Source: Octopus bimaculoides (Eukaryota). From it: a stretch of DNA of 57,158 nucleotides. Numbering within the stretch: the stretch's first letter is position 1; every line of letters begins with the position of its first letter. The stretch covers positions 80,752,327 to 80,809,484 of the forward strand of contig NC_068984.1 in assembly GCF_001194135.2 (NCBI RefSeq), read 5' to 3'. The notes beneath the pieces were generated by a model. The model was not told the origin of the DNA. It did not search any database and saw only the letters and a program-made list of their open reading frames with translations. The translations under genes were made by a program, and so were the position numbers. Below are positions 11,272 to 24,044 of this stretch, piece after piece.

Positions 11272-11935
11272 TTCAAATGTGGTGTGCAAGAGAAGCAACT
11301 GCACTGGTATAGCCATATATTACATATGAATGAAGACAGCTGTGTGAGGAAGTGCCACTCCCTAACTGTAGAAGGAACCTGTGAAAGAGGTAGACCCAGG
11401 AAGACATGGGATGAGGTAGTGAAGAATGAGCTTTGAACATTGGGCTTCACAGAGCAATGACAGGAGACCGGGACCTTTGGAGATATGCTGTGATTAAGAA
11501 GACCCTGCAACTAAAGTGAGATTGCAGCCACACATGTCCGGCCCTGCTAAGAATACCCTGATGCGTCGGGTGATATGATATGCTTGAGAAGACCTATTGA
11601 ATCAAGAAAAACCAATATCGTAGCTGGGGCTGGTAATAAGCACCAAGTGATCATGACTGATGCCAGTACCCCACTGACTGACCCCTGTGATGGTGGCATG
11701 TAAAAAGCACCATCCAAACGTGATCATTGCCAGGACTGCCTGACTGGCTCCTATGCCAGTGGCACATAAAAAGCACCCACTACACTCTCAAAGTGGTTGG
11801 CATTAGGAAGGGCATCCAGCTGTAAAGACATCGCCATATCAGACTGGAGCCACCAGACCTCAATTAAATCATCCAACCCATGCCAGTATAGAAAACAGAC
11901 ATTAAACGATGATGATGATGATGATGATGATGATG
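11272..11935 (+). mobile_element. 5'-truncated RTE-clade LINE: ORF2 C-terminus, 3' UTR and (GAT)n tail
   Basis: Translation KCGVQEKQLHWYSHILHMNEDSCVRKCHSLTVEGTCERGRPRKTWDEVVKNEL matches the RTE RLRWxGH...GxRxRGRPRKTW motif; ends CATTAAAC(GAT)n. Confidence 0.85.
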
Positions 11936-12669
11936 AAAATTTGAAAGTATTCATTAGTACAATGATTGCATGGCTTGTTGATTACTTGATATGATTGGAC
12001 AGAAGTGACAGAAGTCAAAATTTCAAATTAATACTATGTGGGATGTTTTTGAACTTTACTGACAACGTGTATTTAGAAAATGTGATATAATTCTTCTTAT
12101 TTGGGTAACAAAATGTGTGTCTGTGTTGATGATAGCTTATTCTGAATTTATTAAAAGTTAACATATATATAAGATTGTAGTTGATGTATGTTAGTGATTA
12201 CTGTCGCACTATAGGCTAGGTTACTAATTAGGCAATTTCTGTCTAAATGGCATGAAGAAGAGTGTTACAATTGGTTGGACTGGGTGTATATCTTTTCCAT
12301 ATAAACTCTTATTTTCCTGTTCACCAAGTCAAATCACCCATAAAGTAATTTCTTAACACACCACAATAAAATAATACACTATGACTTCACTCCTACTTTT
12401 CAGCTACAACAAATTAACCACAAATAACTATATATAAGATTTGGAAAATCAAAGTAAGTTACAACCCAATGAAGGTTATACAGCTGAAACTTTGAAGTCA
12501 TTGTCAATTTTTTCCTTATAAAAATAAAATATGTTACTTCACCAAAAAGTATTGCGTGATTTGGTGATGCTGTCATTGCTTTATAGCATTGGTGAGAGTG
12601 ACAATGGTGGTAGTGGTGATGATGGTGATGGTACTAAAGGTACCATCAGCTGTGGTGGTACTATTGTTG

Positions 12670-12750
12670 TTTGATTTAATCCCAGCTCTATACAAATGGG
12701 ACAAACCTATGGTCAAAGTTATTCCAATCATGACCATCCTGTCTCTTTAT
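12670..12750 (+). repeat. Short dispersed repeat (also 31340-31435 minus, 47080-47150 plus)
   Basis: Shared AAAG(G)C/TATTCCA..CATGACCATCC motif in three places. Confidence 0.5.
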
Positions 12751-13199
12751 CGATACCTAGGGCTATTTCTACATAAGACAGTAAGGTAAGGTATTAGAGG
12801 AGATATGGTTGCTACTTCTGGCAAATTGAATGGTGTCAGAGGCTCTCCTGTTGCTTCTTGTTGGTGGCAGCAGTGGTGAGGATGGTTACGCTGAATGTTG
12901 TGATGTTACTAATGATGTTGATGTTGTATGTTGTGGTAGTGGTGTTGGTGGTGACGGTGGTGGCTGTGGTTGTGTTGTAGTTGGTGATGTAGTCTGCAAC
13001 AATGATAATGATGAGGTGTTAGGTGCCGTTTGGGATGATAGAGGTGTTGGTTGAGGTGGTGGTATAGGTAGTGGGGATGATGGTACTGGAAGCAATGCTG
13101 GTTGTAATGAGAGTGTTGTAGAGGCGGTGGTATAGATAGGGGTGAAAGTATAAATAGAGGAAACTAAGAGAAGCAGTGGTAACGGTTATATGAAATGTC

Positions 13200-13772
13200 T
13201 TTCCTTTCCCTTTCCAGTACCCATCTCTCTCCCTCTCTCTCTCCCTCTCTCCCTCTCTCAACTCTCTCCCTCTCTCAACTCTCTCCCTCTCTCCATCCCT
13301 CTCTCCATCCCTCTCTCCATCCCTCTCTCCATCCCTCTCTCCATCCCTCTCTCCATCCCTCTCCTTCTTCACCCCCCTCTCTCCATCCCTTCTCTCCATC
13401 CCTCTCTCTCCATCCCCCCTCTCTTTATCCCCTATTCCTCTCTACATCCGTCTCTCCCTCCCTATCTCCATCCCTCTCTCCATCCTGCTCACCATCTCTC
13501 TCTCTTCTTCACTCTTTCCTTCCCTCTCTTCCTCTCCCTCTCACTCACACACATCCTCTGTATCTCTACGTCTCTTTCACTTTTTTCTCACTAACTTATG
13601 CACCCCCTTCCATCATCTAGTCATTCTCTTTCTATCCTTAACTCTCCCTCCACCTCTCTCTTCCATCCTCTCACTCTCTTTTTCCCTCCTGTTCTCACTA
13701 TCTCTTTTCCTTTTCGTTTCTCTGGTTTGCTTCCTTACACCAACACTTATACACTTTCTCCCCATCCCTACT

Positions 13773-13835
<63 letters not shown>
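13200..13835. repeat. CT-rich tract with a 12-bp minisatellite (CTCTCCATCCCT)n and (CT)n
   Basis: About 6-7 tandem CTCTCCATCCCT units near 13285-13360 and a pure (CT)n at 13772-13832. Confidence 0.9.
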
Positions 13836-13837
<2 letters not shown>

Positions 13838-14004
13838 ACCAAACTACCTATGTTTCTGTCTATCTCAGGCTGTGTATCTGTCTCATTTTGTCTTTTAACT
13901 AAATTATCACACAATAATTTTCTAACGTTAATTCTATTTCCAATTCACAACAAAAACAGCAAGAACAATTATCTTTGAATTATTCTAAATTCCTATTTTA
14001 GAAA

Positions 14005-14136
14005 TCAATACACACACACATACATACATACATACATACATACATACAAACATACATGCATGCATGCATACATACATACATACATACAAACATACATGCA
14101 TGCATGCATACATACATACATACATACACACACACG

Positions 14137-14170
<34 letters not shown>

Positions 14171-14260
14171 TATGTGTGTGTGTGTGTGTATACACACATA
14201 TGAATACATGCATGTATATACATGTACATGCATGATGCATGCAAATAAAAATATTCATGC

Positions 14261-14351
<91 letters not shown>

Positions 14352-14690
14352 ATTAATATATGTGTGTGTATGTACATACGTATGTATGTATGTATGTATG
14401 TATGCATGTATGTATGTCTGTATGTGTATACACATTTAAATATATATTATATGATAAATATATACACATGCACATATAAACACACAAACACAAGTAAAAC
14501 ACACATGCATATATAAGTGTATATGGATATACACTAACACAAAACCTGTACAAACATATGTACATAAATGCATGCACAAAAAAGAGAACAAGTATGCATT
14601 CATATACACATAATTTACCATGCAGATATATGCATACGCAAGTGTCCATACACAAACACACACGCATATATATAAATATATCTTTGTGTA
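14005..14690. repeat. Compound (CATA)n/(TA)n/(TG)n/(TATG)n microsatellite
   Basis: Directly visible. Confidence 0.9.
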
Positions 14691-14910
14691 TGTATATAGC
14701 TAACGTGAAGGTAAGGGAGAGTAGGTGATGACTGGCAGTTCAGAAAAGGTGTAAAACAGTAGAATAGTAATAATACAAAAGACTATAGAAGAATGAAAGA
14801 AAGGTAGATGACAAGAGGGTGGATAATGGGTAGGTTGCAAGTGTGTGTGAGCAGATTAATATAGACATTTATATATCTATAGATATATATATAAATGTGT
14901 GTATATTATA

Positions 14911-14943
<33 letters not shown>

Positions 14944-14948
14944 ATCAG

Positions 14949-15392
14949 GTAACCTGATCTTTCAAGCACAGAATTGTTGGTGATGTGATCTTCCCAGCTG
15001 ATGTTCAGGATAGAGTGAAGTTTGGATTGATGGAAGCGCTCTAGTTTCTTCATGTCTTTACCGTAAGCAGTCCAGGTTTCACACCCGTACAGCAGAGTTG
15101 ATCGAAGCATCGAAGCCTTGATCATTGAATATCGTCTCCGATGGTCAGGACACGTCCGTCAGATGAATGAACATCACCTTCCTTGTCTCTACGGTGAACT
15201 GTTTGAAGGAAAACGTCCTCATGGAGCCCTTTGAGGCAGTACAAGGACCAACTCAAATCAACCATGAAAAGCACCACCATCTTGGCAAACAGACCCCTCT
15301 GGAAACACACCATCAAAACGGGTTCTACGGACTTCGAGAAAGCCCAAGTCACAAGAGCTGAACTCAAGAGACGGTAGAGAAAGCAGCGCCTT
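14949..15392 (+). mobile_element. RTE-clade LINE fragment with inverted 5' segment
   Basis: 14949-15100 on minus encodes TLLYGCETWTAYGKDMKKLERFHQSKLHSILNISWEDHITNNSVLERSG; 15106-15392 on plus continues SIEALIIEYRLRWSGHVRQMNEHHLP..LYGELFEGKRPHG. Confidence 0.85.
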
Positions 15393-15396
15393 ATGA

Positions 15397-15432
15397 GCAG
15401 ATTTGGTAGATGGAAACTAAAAAATGCCTGTC

Positions 15433-15473
<41 letters not shown>

Positions 15474-15522
15474 CGTGTGCATCTTTGTGTTTGTGTTTGT
15501 CTCCCCACAACCGCTTGACAAC
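15397..15522 (+). mobile_element. SINE-B central fragment with (TG)n
   Basis: GATTTGGTAGATGGAAACT...(TG)n...CCCCACAACCGCTTGACAAC. Confidence 0.75.
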
Positions 15523-15647
15523 TTGGGAAGTGAGAAAGTCTTTTACATTTCAAGCCTATGCACTTCAACAGAAAGGAACACAAAAATAAACAGGGAGAGA
15601 AACTAGAAAAAGGTTTAGTGGCTAACGATCTATCATGGCGATATAGA

Positions 15648-16141
15648 CGTAGGCGTTGGTATGTGGTAAGAAGCATGCTTCCCAACCACATGTGTGATAC
15701 CTTGGACAAGTGTCTTCTACTGTAACCTCTAACTGACAAAAGCCTTGTGAGTGGGTTTGGTAGACAGAAACTGAAAGAATCCTGTTGTATATGTATACAT
15801 ACACACACACATATATATATACATACATATATATATATATATATATANNNNNNNNNNNNNNNNNNNNNNNNNNNNNNNNNNNNNNNNNNNNNNNNNNNNN
15901 NNNNNNNNNNNNNNNNNNNNNNNNNNNNNNNNNNNNNNNNNNNNNNNNNNNNNNNNNNNNNNNNNNNNNNNNNNNNNNNNNNNNNNNNNNNNNNNNNNNN
16001 NNNNNNNNNNNNNNNNNNNNNNNNNNNNNNNNNNNNNNNNNNNNNNNNNNNNNNNNNNNNNNNNNNNNNNNNNNNNNNNNNNNNNNNNNNNNNNNNNNNN
16101 NNNNNNNNNNNNNNNNNNNNNNNNNNNNNNNNNNNNNNNNN

Positions 16142-16181
<40 letters not shown>

Positions 16182-16242
16182 GTATATGTATATGTATGTA
16201 TGTATGTATGTATGTATATATGTATGTATGAATGTGTGTGTG

Positions 16243-16281
<39 letters not shown>

Positions 16282-16478
16282 CTTTCTATTTGTGTTTGTC
16301 ACCCACCACTGCTTGAGAACCAGTGTTTGTGTGTTTACACCCCTATAAGCAAAAGACACCAATAGAATAAGGATCAGGCTTTTGGAAAAAAATAAGTCAA
16401 TTCATTCAGCTAAACTTCTTCAAGGCAATGCCCCTGCAATGGCCACAGTTAAATAACTGAATCAAGATTAAAAGATAA
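15648..16478 (+). mobile_element. SINE-B, near full length, expanded internal microsatellite containing gap 15848-16141
   Basis: Both halves homologous to 18192-18610. Confidence 0.8.
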
Positions 16479-16983
16479 TTATCATTGTGATTTAATGAAT
16501 TAATAGCAGAGAGAGAGTTCTATTAATTTAACGTCAAAGAATTCCCATAATCAATTTTACAACCCAATTCTAAAGAGATCGTCATCACAATAAATTATAG
16601 TTATGCACTTTAATTAAAATATTGGACACTAAGTATACTTCAATCAAACCATGGAGTTTATGAATTAATATTCCTTTTAGAATAGACTAAAATATCAGCA
16701 TATCAATTTTGAGGAGAATTGGGTTGATTTTATTCAGATTAATGAAATGTGCTTGCCATAATGGATTAAACTAGAAGGCTTTCAAGTAAGAGATAAATGA
16801 CCATTCTTAAATGCATTAATACAGAAGATTTAATAAAATTTAGAATAATTGAAATGATTATATATAAAGTAAGAAATAAATTTTAAGATATTGGTTGAAA
16901 AAGATTCTTTTCTGAAACCTTAGTTTCTACATTTAGAATCAAGAAGTAAATATATATATAAATCTATGCACACATTAATATAT

Positions 16984-17265
16984 CATCATCATCATCATCA
17001 TCATTTAACGTCCGCTTTCCATGCTAGCATGGGTTGGACGATTTGACTGGGGACTGGCAAACCAGATGGCTGCACCAGACTCCAATCTGATCTGTAGAAA
17101 CCAGACAACTGCCAAAACAGACAACTGCCAAAACAGACAACTGCCAAAACAGACAACTGGAGCCTGGTAGAGCTTTCCAGCTTGCTAGCTCCTATCAAAG
17201 CACCCACCCCATGTCGGCATGGAAACGAGCATTAAATGATGATGATGATGATGATGATGATGATA
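16984..17265. mobile_element. Two RTE-type 3' ends in opposite orientation with an internal 16-bp tandem repeat
   Basis: (ATC)nATTTAACGTCCGC on the left, GCATTAAAT(GAT)n on the right, (CAGACAACTGCCAAAA)x3 at about 17102-17160. Confidence 0.75.
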
Positions 17266-18191
17266 TTCTGTCTGTATGTATTGTACATTATGCTGTAAAT
17301 TCAGTAAATTCATATAACTAATATAATATGTCTTATCTGTTTTAACCTTGTCCTCCTATTAACCATTCATTCTGCTAGATCTTACTACACTAAATTATTA
17401 AACAAAATAATTAAATAACAAGTCAGAAATCAATATTTAGAATTCACAAAAGCTAGAATTGAACTATTTGTAAAAGATTTCTGTAGATTTCTGACTAAAG
17501 GAGTCTGGGAGAACAGTGGTTTTGTTCTCAGCATATTCAATGGGATTACAGTGTGGAGTGAACATGTAAAAGTTAAAGAGAGAAGGAGAGGGTGAGGGTG
17601 AGATGGAGAGACAGAGAGCGAGAGAGAAAGAGAGAGAGTTGATAACATAAGAGACAATGAGAGAAAGAGGATTGATAGAGAGAAAAATACAAATTCATTG
17701 AGTGACAAAGAGAGATAAGAGGAAATAAAGACAAGTACAGTATGAGATTATAAAGAGATAGAAAGAGAAAGAGAAAGAGATAGAAAGAGAAAGACAAAGA
17801 GAAGGAGCCAGAGAGAAATAAGATGAATAACAAAAGGAGAAAGAACTAGGGAGACAAATACATTGAAAAACAAAGAGAGAGATAAAGAGAAAAAAAACAG
17901 GAAGAGAGATAGTTAAAGCGGGGAGAGAAAATTATAAAGAGAAAGAGGGTTATATGTTTTCAGCATATTTCATTAACAGTTTAAGTTATCTATATGTATT
18001 TTGAAGGTGTGTGTATGGCAATGGCTTAACTCACCAAAATTTCAAACTCTCTGTCAACAACATTTGTGTTCAAAAATGATAAATTTGTTCTCAAAATGTA
18101 TAGAGTGACCCATCAGATTAAGGTAAAATTGTTTATACTATAACTGAGCATAAAAACAAACATATATATATATTTATATAGATATATAGGT

Positions 18192-18350
18192 GCAGGAGTG
18201 GCTGTGTGGTAAGTAGCTTGTTTACCAACCACATGGTTACGGGTTCAGTCCCACTGCATGACATCTTGGGCAAGTGTCTTCTACTATAGCCTCAGGCTGA
18301 CCAAAGCCTTGTGAGTGGATTTGGTAGACGGAAACTGAAAGAAGCTCGTC

Positions 18351-18405
<55 letters not shown>

Positions 18406-18610
18406 TGTGTCTGTGTTTGTCCCCCCAACATCGCTTGACAACCGATGCTGGTGTGCTTATGTCCCCGTCACATAGCGGTTCGGCAAAAGAGACCAATAGA
18501 ATAAGTACTAGGCTTACAAAGAATAAGTTCCAGGGTCGACTTGCTCGACTAAAGGCGGTGCTCCAGCATGGCCACAGTCAAATGACTGAAACAAGTAAAA
18601 AGAGTAAAAA
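18192..18610 (+). mobile_element. SINE-B, full length (tRNA-like head, CORE-like CTTGGGCAAGTG box, internal TA/TG microsatellite)
   Basis: GTGGCTGTGTGGTAAG A-box-like, GGGTTCAGTCCC B-box-like; about 11 homologous copies in the window. Confidence 0.9.
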
Positions 18611-18683
18611 AAAAAGAGAGAGAGAGAGATAGTTAATAGGAACACATGTCAGAAAGAAGCACACTCTAAAAATATCGAACAGT

Positions 18684-18832
18684 AATTATTACAACAAAAG
18701 TATATATAGAGGTTTCGCACCCACAAAGCTAAAGCCCTGTAGACTGTTTGTCAGACTCTATATGAATGCAAGATTTTTAGCTTTGTGGGTGCAAAACCTT
18801 GGGTAACTTTATATAAAATTTTGTTGCAATAA

Positions 18833-18834
<2 letters not shown>
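18684..18834. repeat. Small foldback / MITE remnant
   Basis: 23/24-bp inverted repeat 18710-18733 vs 18776-18799, extending imperfectly to 18684 and 18834. Confidence 0.65.
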
Positions 18835-18868
<34 letters not shown>

Positions 18869-19002
18869 TCAAATACCCAAAATTTCAAGGAGTTCCTGCC
18901 TTAAAAACAGTAACTACACCAAAGTTATTTTGTGTTCTTTGCTACATTGGTTTCTATTAACCCATTTATTCTATCTGAAGAATTTTTATTCATTAAGATA
19001 GA

Positions 19003-19060
19003 GGGTGACACGTAAAAGCACCCACTACACTCTCTGAGTGGTTGGCGTTAGGAAGGGCAT
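19003..19060 (+). mobile_element. RTE-type 3' UTR fragment running into gap
   Basis: CACGTAAAAGCACCCACTACACTCTCTGAGTGGTTGGCGTTAGGAAGGGCAT matches 11765-11817. Confidence 0.75.
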
Positions 19061-19146
19061 NNNNNNNNNNNNNNNNNNNNNNNNNNNNNNNNNNNNNNNN
19101 NNNNNNNNNNNNNNNNNNNNNNNNNNNNNNNNNNNNNNNNNNNNNN

Positions 19147-19186
<40 letters not shown>

Positions 19187-19192
19187 TATATA

Positions 19193-20086
19193 TATAGGGT
19201 ACAATGGGTAAATTGTTGCCATTTTATATTTTTAATTGTACGCATGTACAATTTTTGTTTTGGATTTTGTTGACTACACAGTATGGTAGGGTCAGTTGGG
19301 CACCATCTGTGAGGAAAACAGCACCATGACACAATTCACTCTGCCAGAAATTTGGAAATGACATGCTGTACTGCTTTGCATTCATGCCAGAAGCTCCAAT
19401 ACAAACATTTCAGGGTGTTTCGGTATCAATCTGAGAACAGTGCAATCTGAGGACATGTACTGAGAGTGATAAAAAAATCAAACATCCAGTCAACATCATG
19501 GTGTTTGGAGTGATCACTAATGATGGTGATGTTATGCCTCCAGTCATCTTCTCATACAGCCTCAGACTCAACACAGAGACCTACATCAAGTGCCTGGAAA
19601 GGTAGTGCTGCCCTGGGTCAAGAGTGTGGCTGCTGGAAGACCCTGTGTCTGGTAACAGGACTCTGCACCATGTCACACAAGCAGGAGAACTCAGTCATGG
19701 CTGTCAGACAATTTCTGAAACCTCATCACCTCAAACATCTGGCCACCTAACTCCCCAGATTGCAAACCCCTTGATTATTATGTGTGGGGCACAGTTGAGT
19801 GAGAGACCAACAAAACTCCTTTTAACACCAAAGATGAACTGAAGGTAAGGATTATGGCAGCATCCATCAACTTAAACAAGGAGACCGTCCACAAGAGTTG
19901 CAGGAGATTCTGAAGTCATATGGAGGCCGTGGTTGAAGCCAATGGCAATTTTATTGAATAAATTTACTCTTTAGTATTTCAAGATACTTTTATGCAATCT
20001 TGGTAAATATATCTACTAAAATGAGATGTCAGTGTTATTTTCATTTTTGCATAATTTAGATGACAGTTTATTCATCACACCCTGTA
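19193..20086 (+). mobile_element. Internally deleted DD37D (maT) Tc1/mariner transposon
   Basis: TA-(C/T)AGGGT...ACCCTG-TA termini; KHPVNIMVFGVITNDGDVMPP...QDSAPCH...WPPNSPDCKPLDYYVW with 37 residues between the second and third Asp; several stops. Confidence 0.85.
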
Positions 20087-20217
20087 TGTGTGTGTGTGTG
20101 TGTGTGTGTGAGATCTCCACCAATCCCACGCCTTTTCTCTACCAAAACTACAAAGCAGTAAGAATAAGTAATCTATGTATACGCAAACATATATGCATAC
20201 ATTTACATACATGCATT

Positions 20218-20258
<41 letters not shown>

Positions 20259-20489
20259 TTACCTATCTATCTAATGTACAGTACATACATTTGTTCACAA
20301 TAAATAAATCAATTGTTCCTGTTGTTTAGCAAGAAATTACTATCAAAATATAAAAGGGTGAGTGGAGAAGAAAAAGAAAACAAGTTTAATATGGCAACTT
20401 TTCAGTGGATATATGAGTCTTAAATGAATAATTAAATTGGGAGAAAGAGTTGGAGCTACAAAACATGCCATGTTCATAAGGATTTTTAA

Positions 20490-20865
20490 CTACTTGGCAT
20501 TAATCAATAGTTTTGCTATGTCTATGCAAACATGAATGGCCTTTTCCTCAATACATACAACTGGCATTGAATGGCCTTGTCCACCAAAGTTCTGTTAGTT
20601 CACTCCAAAACTTGAAATTCTTTTCATCTTCCAGGATCATCATTGATAACGGTTTGAACCCATTGGATGAATTCTGGTGTCCTTATAGAGTCCAAGCATT
20701 TCAGATGGCTTTCTCGTTGGAACATTTGGAACATTCCCACCAGAAGCTTTCCAAATCCATCCAAACTTTGCATACAAAAGATCTTGCAACATTCAAAAAG
20801 TTAGCAATTTCTAAATCAAGAGTATACTGAAAATGATTGCGTGTCTTTTCATTTCTTGCGTTATT
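20490..20865 (-). pseudogene. DD37D (maT)-type transposase N-terminal fragment
   Basis: Minus translation MKRHAIIFSI..DLEIANFLNVARSFVCKV...DSIRTPEFIQWVQTVINDDPG...YVLRKRPFM. Confidence 0.65.
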
Positions 20866-20957
20866 TTATCTTGTACAGGAGATTGGAAAGAAATTTAAAA
20901 TTTCTTATTAGTTTGAATGGACTAATATACCGATAATTAAATGTCCGTAAATACCCC

Positions 20958-21195
20958 TTATTTCTTTATTGCCCACAAGGGGCTAAACATAGAGGGGGGG
21001 ACAAACAAGGACAGACAAAGGGATTAAGTCGATTACATTGACCCCAGTGTGTAACTGGTACTTAATTTATCGACCCCGAAAGGATGAAAGGCAAAGTTGA
21101 CCTCGGCGGAATTTGAACCCAGAACATAACGGCAGACGAAATACCGCTAAGCATTTCGCCCGGTGTGCTAACGTTTCTGCCAGCTCACCACCTTG
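20958..21195 (-). mobile_element. SINE-C, well preserved, with an alternative 3' tail
   Basis: Head and centre match other SINE-C copies; tail AATCCCTTTGTCTGTCCTTGTTTGTCCC...GGGCAATAAAGAAATAAG differs. Confidence 0.85.
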
Positions 21196-21555
21196 CATGT
21201 TGTATATATGTGTGCATGTATACACACACACACCTGCAACAACACACACACACACACACAAATATATACATTTATGCTTGTTATCACCATCAATGGAGGA
21301 AACTAGTAAAATAAGTAGTAGGAATTTTTCCGAAAAACATGCATTCTTCATGCAGAATTTAAGTGAATGTAGTGTTTGGTGGGAAGCTAGGTTTGCAATA
21401 CCTGTGGAGGTGTGTGTCTTTCAGAGGTTGGGCTCATTAGTCACCAGCAGAGCCACAAGTGAAGAGTATAAATTTGCCAGAGTCAGTGGTCTTAACATGG
21501 TCAGTGATGTCCTCCTTGGTCACAAGTGGAAAATATATGTGTGTGTGTGTATGGC

Positions 21556-21596
<41 letters not shown>

Positions 21597-21899
21597 TTGT
21601 ATGTATGTGAAAATATATATATATATTTATTCCAGTATATANNNNNNNNNNNNNNNNNNNNNNNNNNNNNNNNNNNNNNNNNNNNNNNNNNNNNNNNNNN
21701 NNNNNNNNNNNNNNNNNNNNNNNNNNNNNNNNNNNNNNNNNNNNNNNNNNNNNNNNNNNNNNNNNNNNNNNNNNNNNNNNNNNNNNNNNNNNNNNNNNNN
21801 NNNNNNNNNNNNNNNNNNNNNNNNNNNNNNNNNNNNNNNNNNNNNNNNNNNNNNNNNNNNNNNNNATGATTATACTTATTCATAAATATATATATGCAC

Positions 21900-21926
21900 A
21901 CACTCATGTACACGTGTTTGTGTGGG

Positions 21927-22021
<95 letters not shown>

Positions 22022-22363
22022 TCATGAAGTGCTTACATATATCTGCATACACAAACACTCATAAATTTATTCATGTGTATGTTTACACACCTAAATATAA
22101 ATATATAAATGCATGAAAATATAATCAACGCAAACATATCTGCCTCTCTCTCTCTCTCTCTCACATACACTCTGTGTCTGTATTTGTGCATGTATATGTG
22201 TGTAAGCGCGAGTGTGTATGTATGTATGTATGTGTGTGTGTGCGTGTATGCACATGTAGACATGAGTAGTTATACATGTGAGTGGATCTGTGTGAATAGG
22301 ATTAACTGTAGGCACACACATTTATATGTCTATAAGAATATGTGTAGTTACATACACAAGCGT

Positions 22364-22395
<32 letters not shown>

Positions 22396-22582
22396 CATGT
22401 GTGTTTGTGTATGTGTGTGTGTGTAAACTTATATGTATATATACATGTAAATGCATATAGGTAAATACACCAAATGCATTTATCAGAAGCTAAAAGTAAT
22501 TACCTATTAATAAACATGAGGATCTGCTTCCTCATAAACTTCCACTGTCGTGTGCATATTCATAAACACATACATTCACACG

Positions 22583-22628
<46 letters not shown>

Positions 22629-22916
22629 TAGATATATGTGTACGTGCCTCTGTATGTGTCTTCCAATTAGTTGTGTACGTGAGAACATATATGTGACTAC
22701 CTACATATAAGTGTGTAAGTATGTATGTATGTATGTATGTATGTATGTATGTATATATGTATATATATATATATCTATCTATCTTTCTCTTTCTCTTTAT
22801 CTCTATAATGTACATATGAACGTACATATATATACATACATATGCACACACACACATAAATACATATATATATATTATAAAGGCATATGTGTATTGATGT
22901 GTAAATATGTGTGTGT

Positions 22917-22956
<40 letters not shown>

Positions 22957-22966
22957 NNNNNNNNNN

Positions 22967-22998
<32 letters not shown>

Positions 22999-23023
22999 CA
23001 TATATATATATGTATATATATGT

Positions 23024-23092
<69 letters not shown>

Positions 23093-23462
23093 AACACATA
23101 TATATATACAAACACACATATATATACAGTCTTTTGTGCGCACATGTTCGTTTTCATGCACACATGCAAGTATTTATACATACACATACATGCAAACCCT
23201 GTCCCTTGCAATGATAAGATCTATTGGCTGTCAGCAAGATAACATCTGTAGTAATTCTAGATTTGGAAGGGAGTGGAGGTGACTCACATTACACACTCAC
23301 ATTCACAGAAATATATACATATTCATATGCATATATATATTTACATACTCTCACACACATGCCAGCTTCCATACTTTCACAAGTATGTATGCATATACAT
23401 TAATACTACACATCATGCACATACTCCAACTCCCACACTCTCATAATATATATATATACATA

Positions 23463-23519
<57 letters not shown>

Positions 23520-24013
23520 TCGTGGACAAACACACTCATACTTACACACATACACATACACACAAGCACACGTACACACACACATACACAAATAGATATA
23601 TGTATGTGTATATTTTCGCTTACATACCTACCAAAGATATTCTATCACATGCATGTACACTCACACATGCATACACCCACACATACATACATACATACAT
23701 GTACTCTCCTACACACATGCTTACACATACTCTTTTGCATACATACACTCATACAGGCATACTGAAACAAACATGCAGAGAGACATGACACATACATATG
23801 CATATCTGTGATTATATCTAAACACACACATATGTTATATGATATATACACACATACATTAATATAATTCCAAACGTACAAACATAGCATGGCTATGAAC
23901 AAGCATATATGCAGAAATCATAAACAAAATGTTCAAATAAGGCATATATAAAGTACATAAAGTCTATATAGCCAAACTGTAAAAATACAACCTGTGTGTG
24001 TGTGTGTGTGTGC

Positions 24014-24044
<31 letters not shown>
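21900..24044. repeat. 2-kb field of degenerate TA/CA/TG/TATG microsatellites
   Basis: Directly visible; all ORFs here are YI/HT/CV artefacts. Confidence 0.9.

Noticed and set aside
12686-12785. Apparent exon (AG...GTAAG) with open frame LYKWDKPMVKVIPIM..
   Set aside because: The sequence belongs to a short dispersed repeat seen three times in the window.
17102-17160. CRISPR-like short repeat array
   Set aside because: Contiguous 16-bp tandem units with no spacers, in a eukaryotic retroposon.
21280-21530. Open frames in a unique stretch (ORF 21113-21610)
   Set aside because: The ORF is stitched from a SINE, microsatellites and about 80 unrecognised codons.
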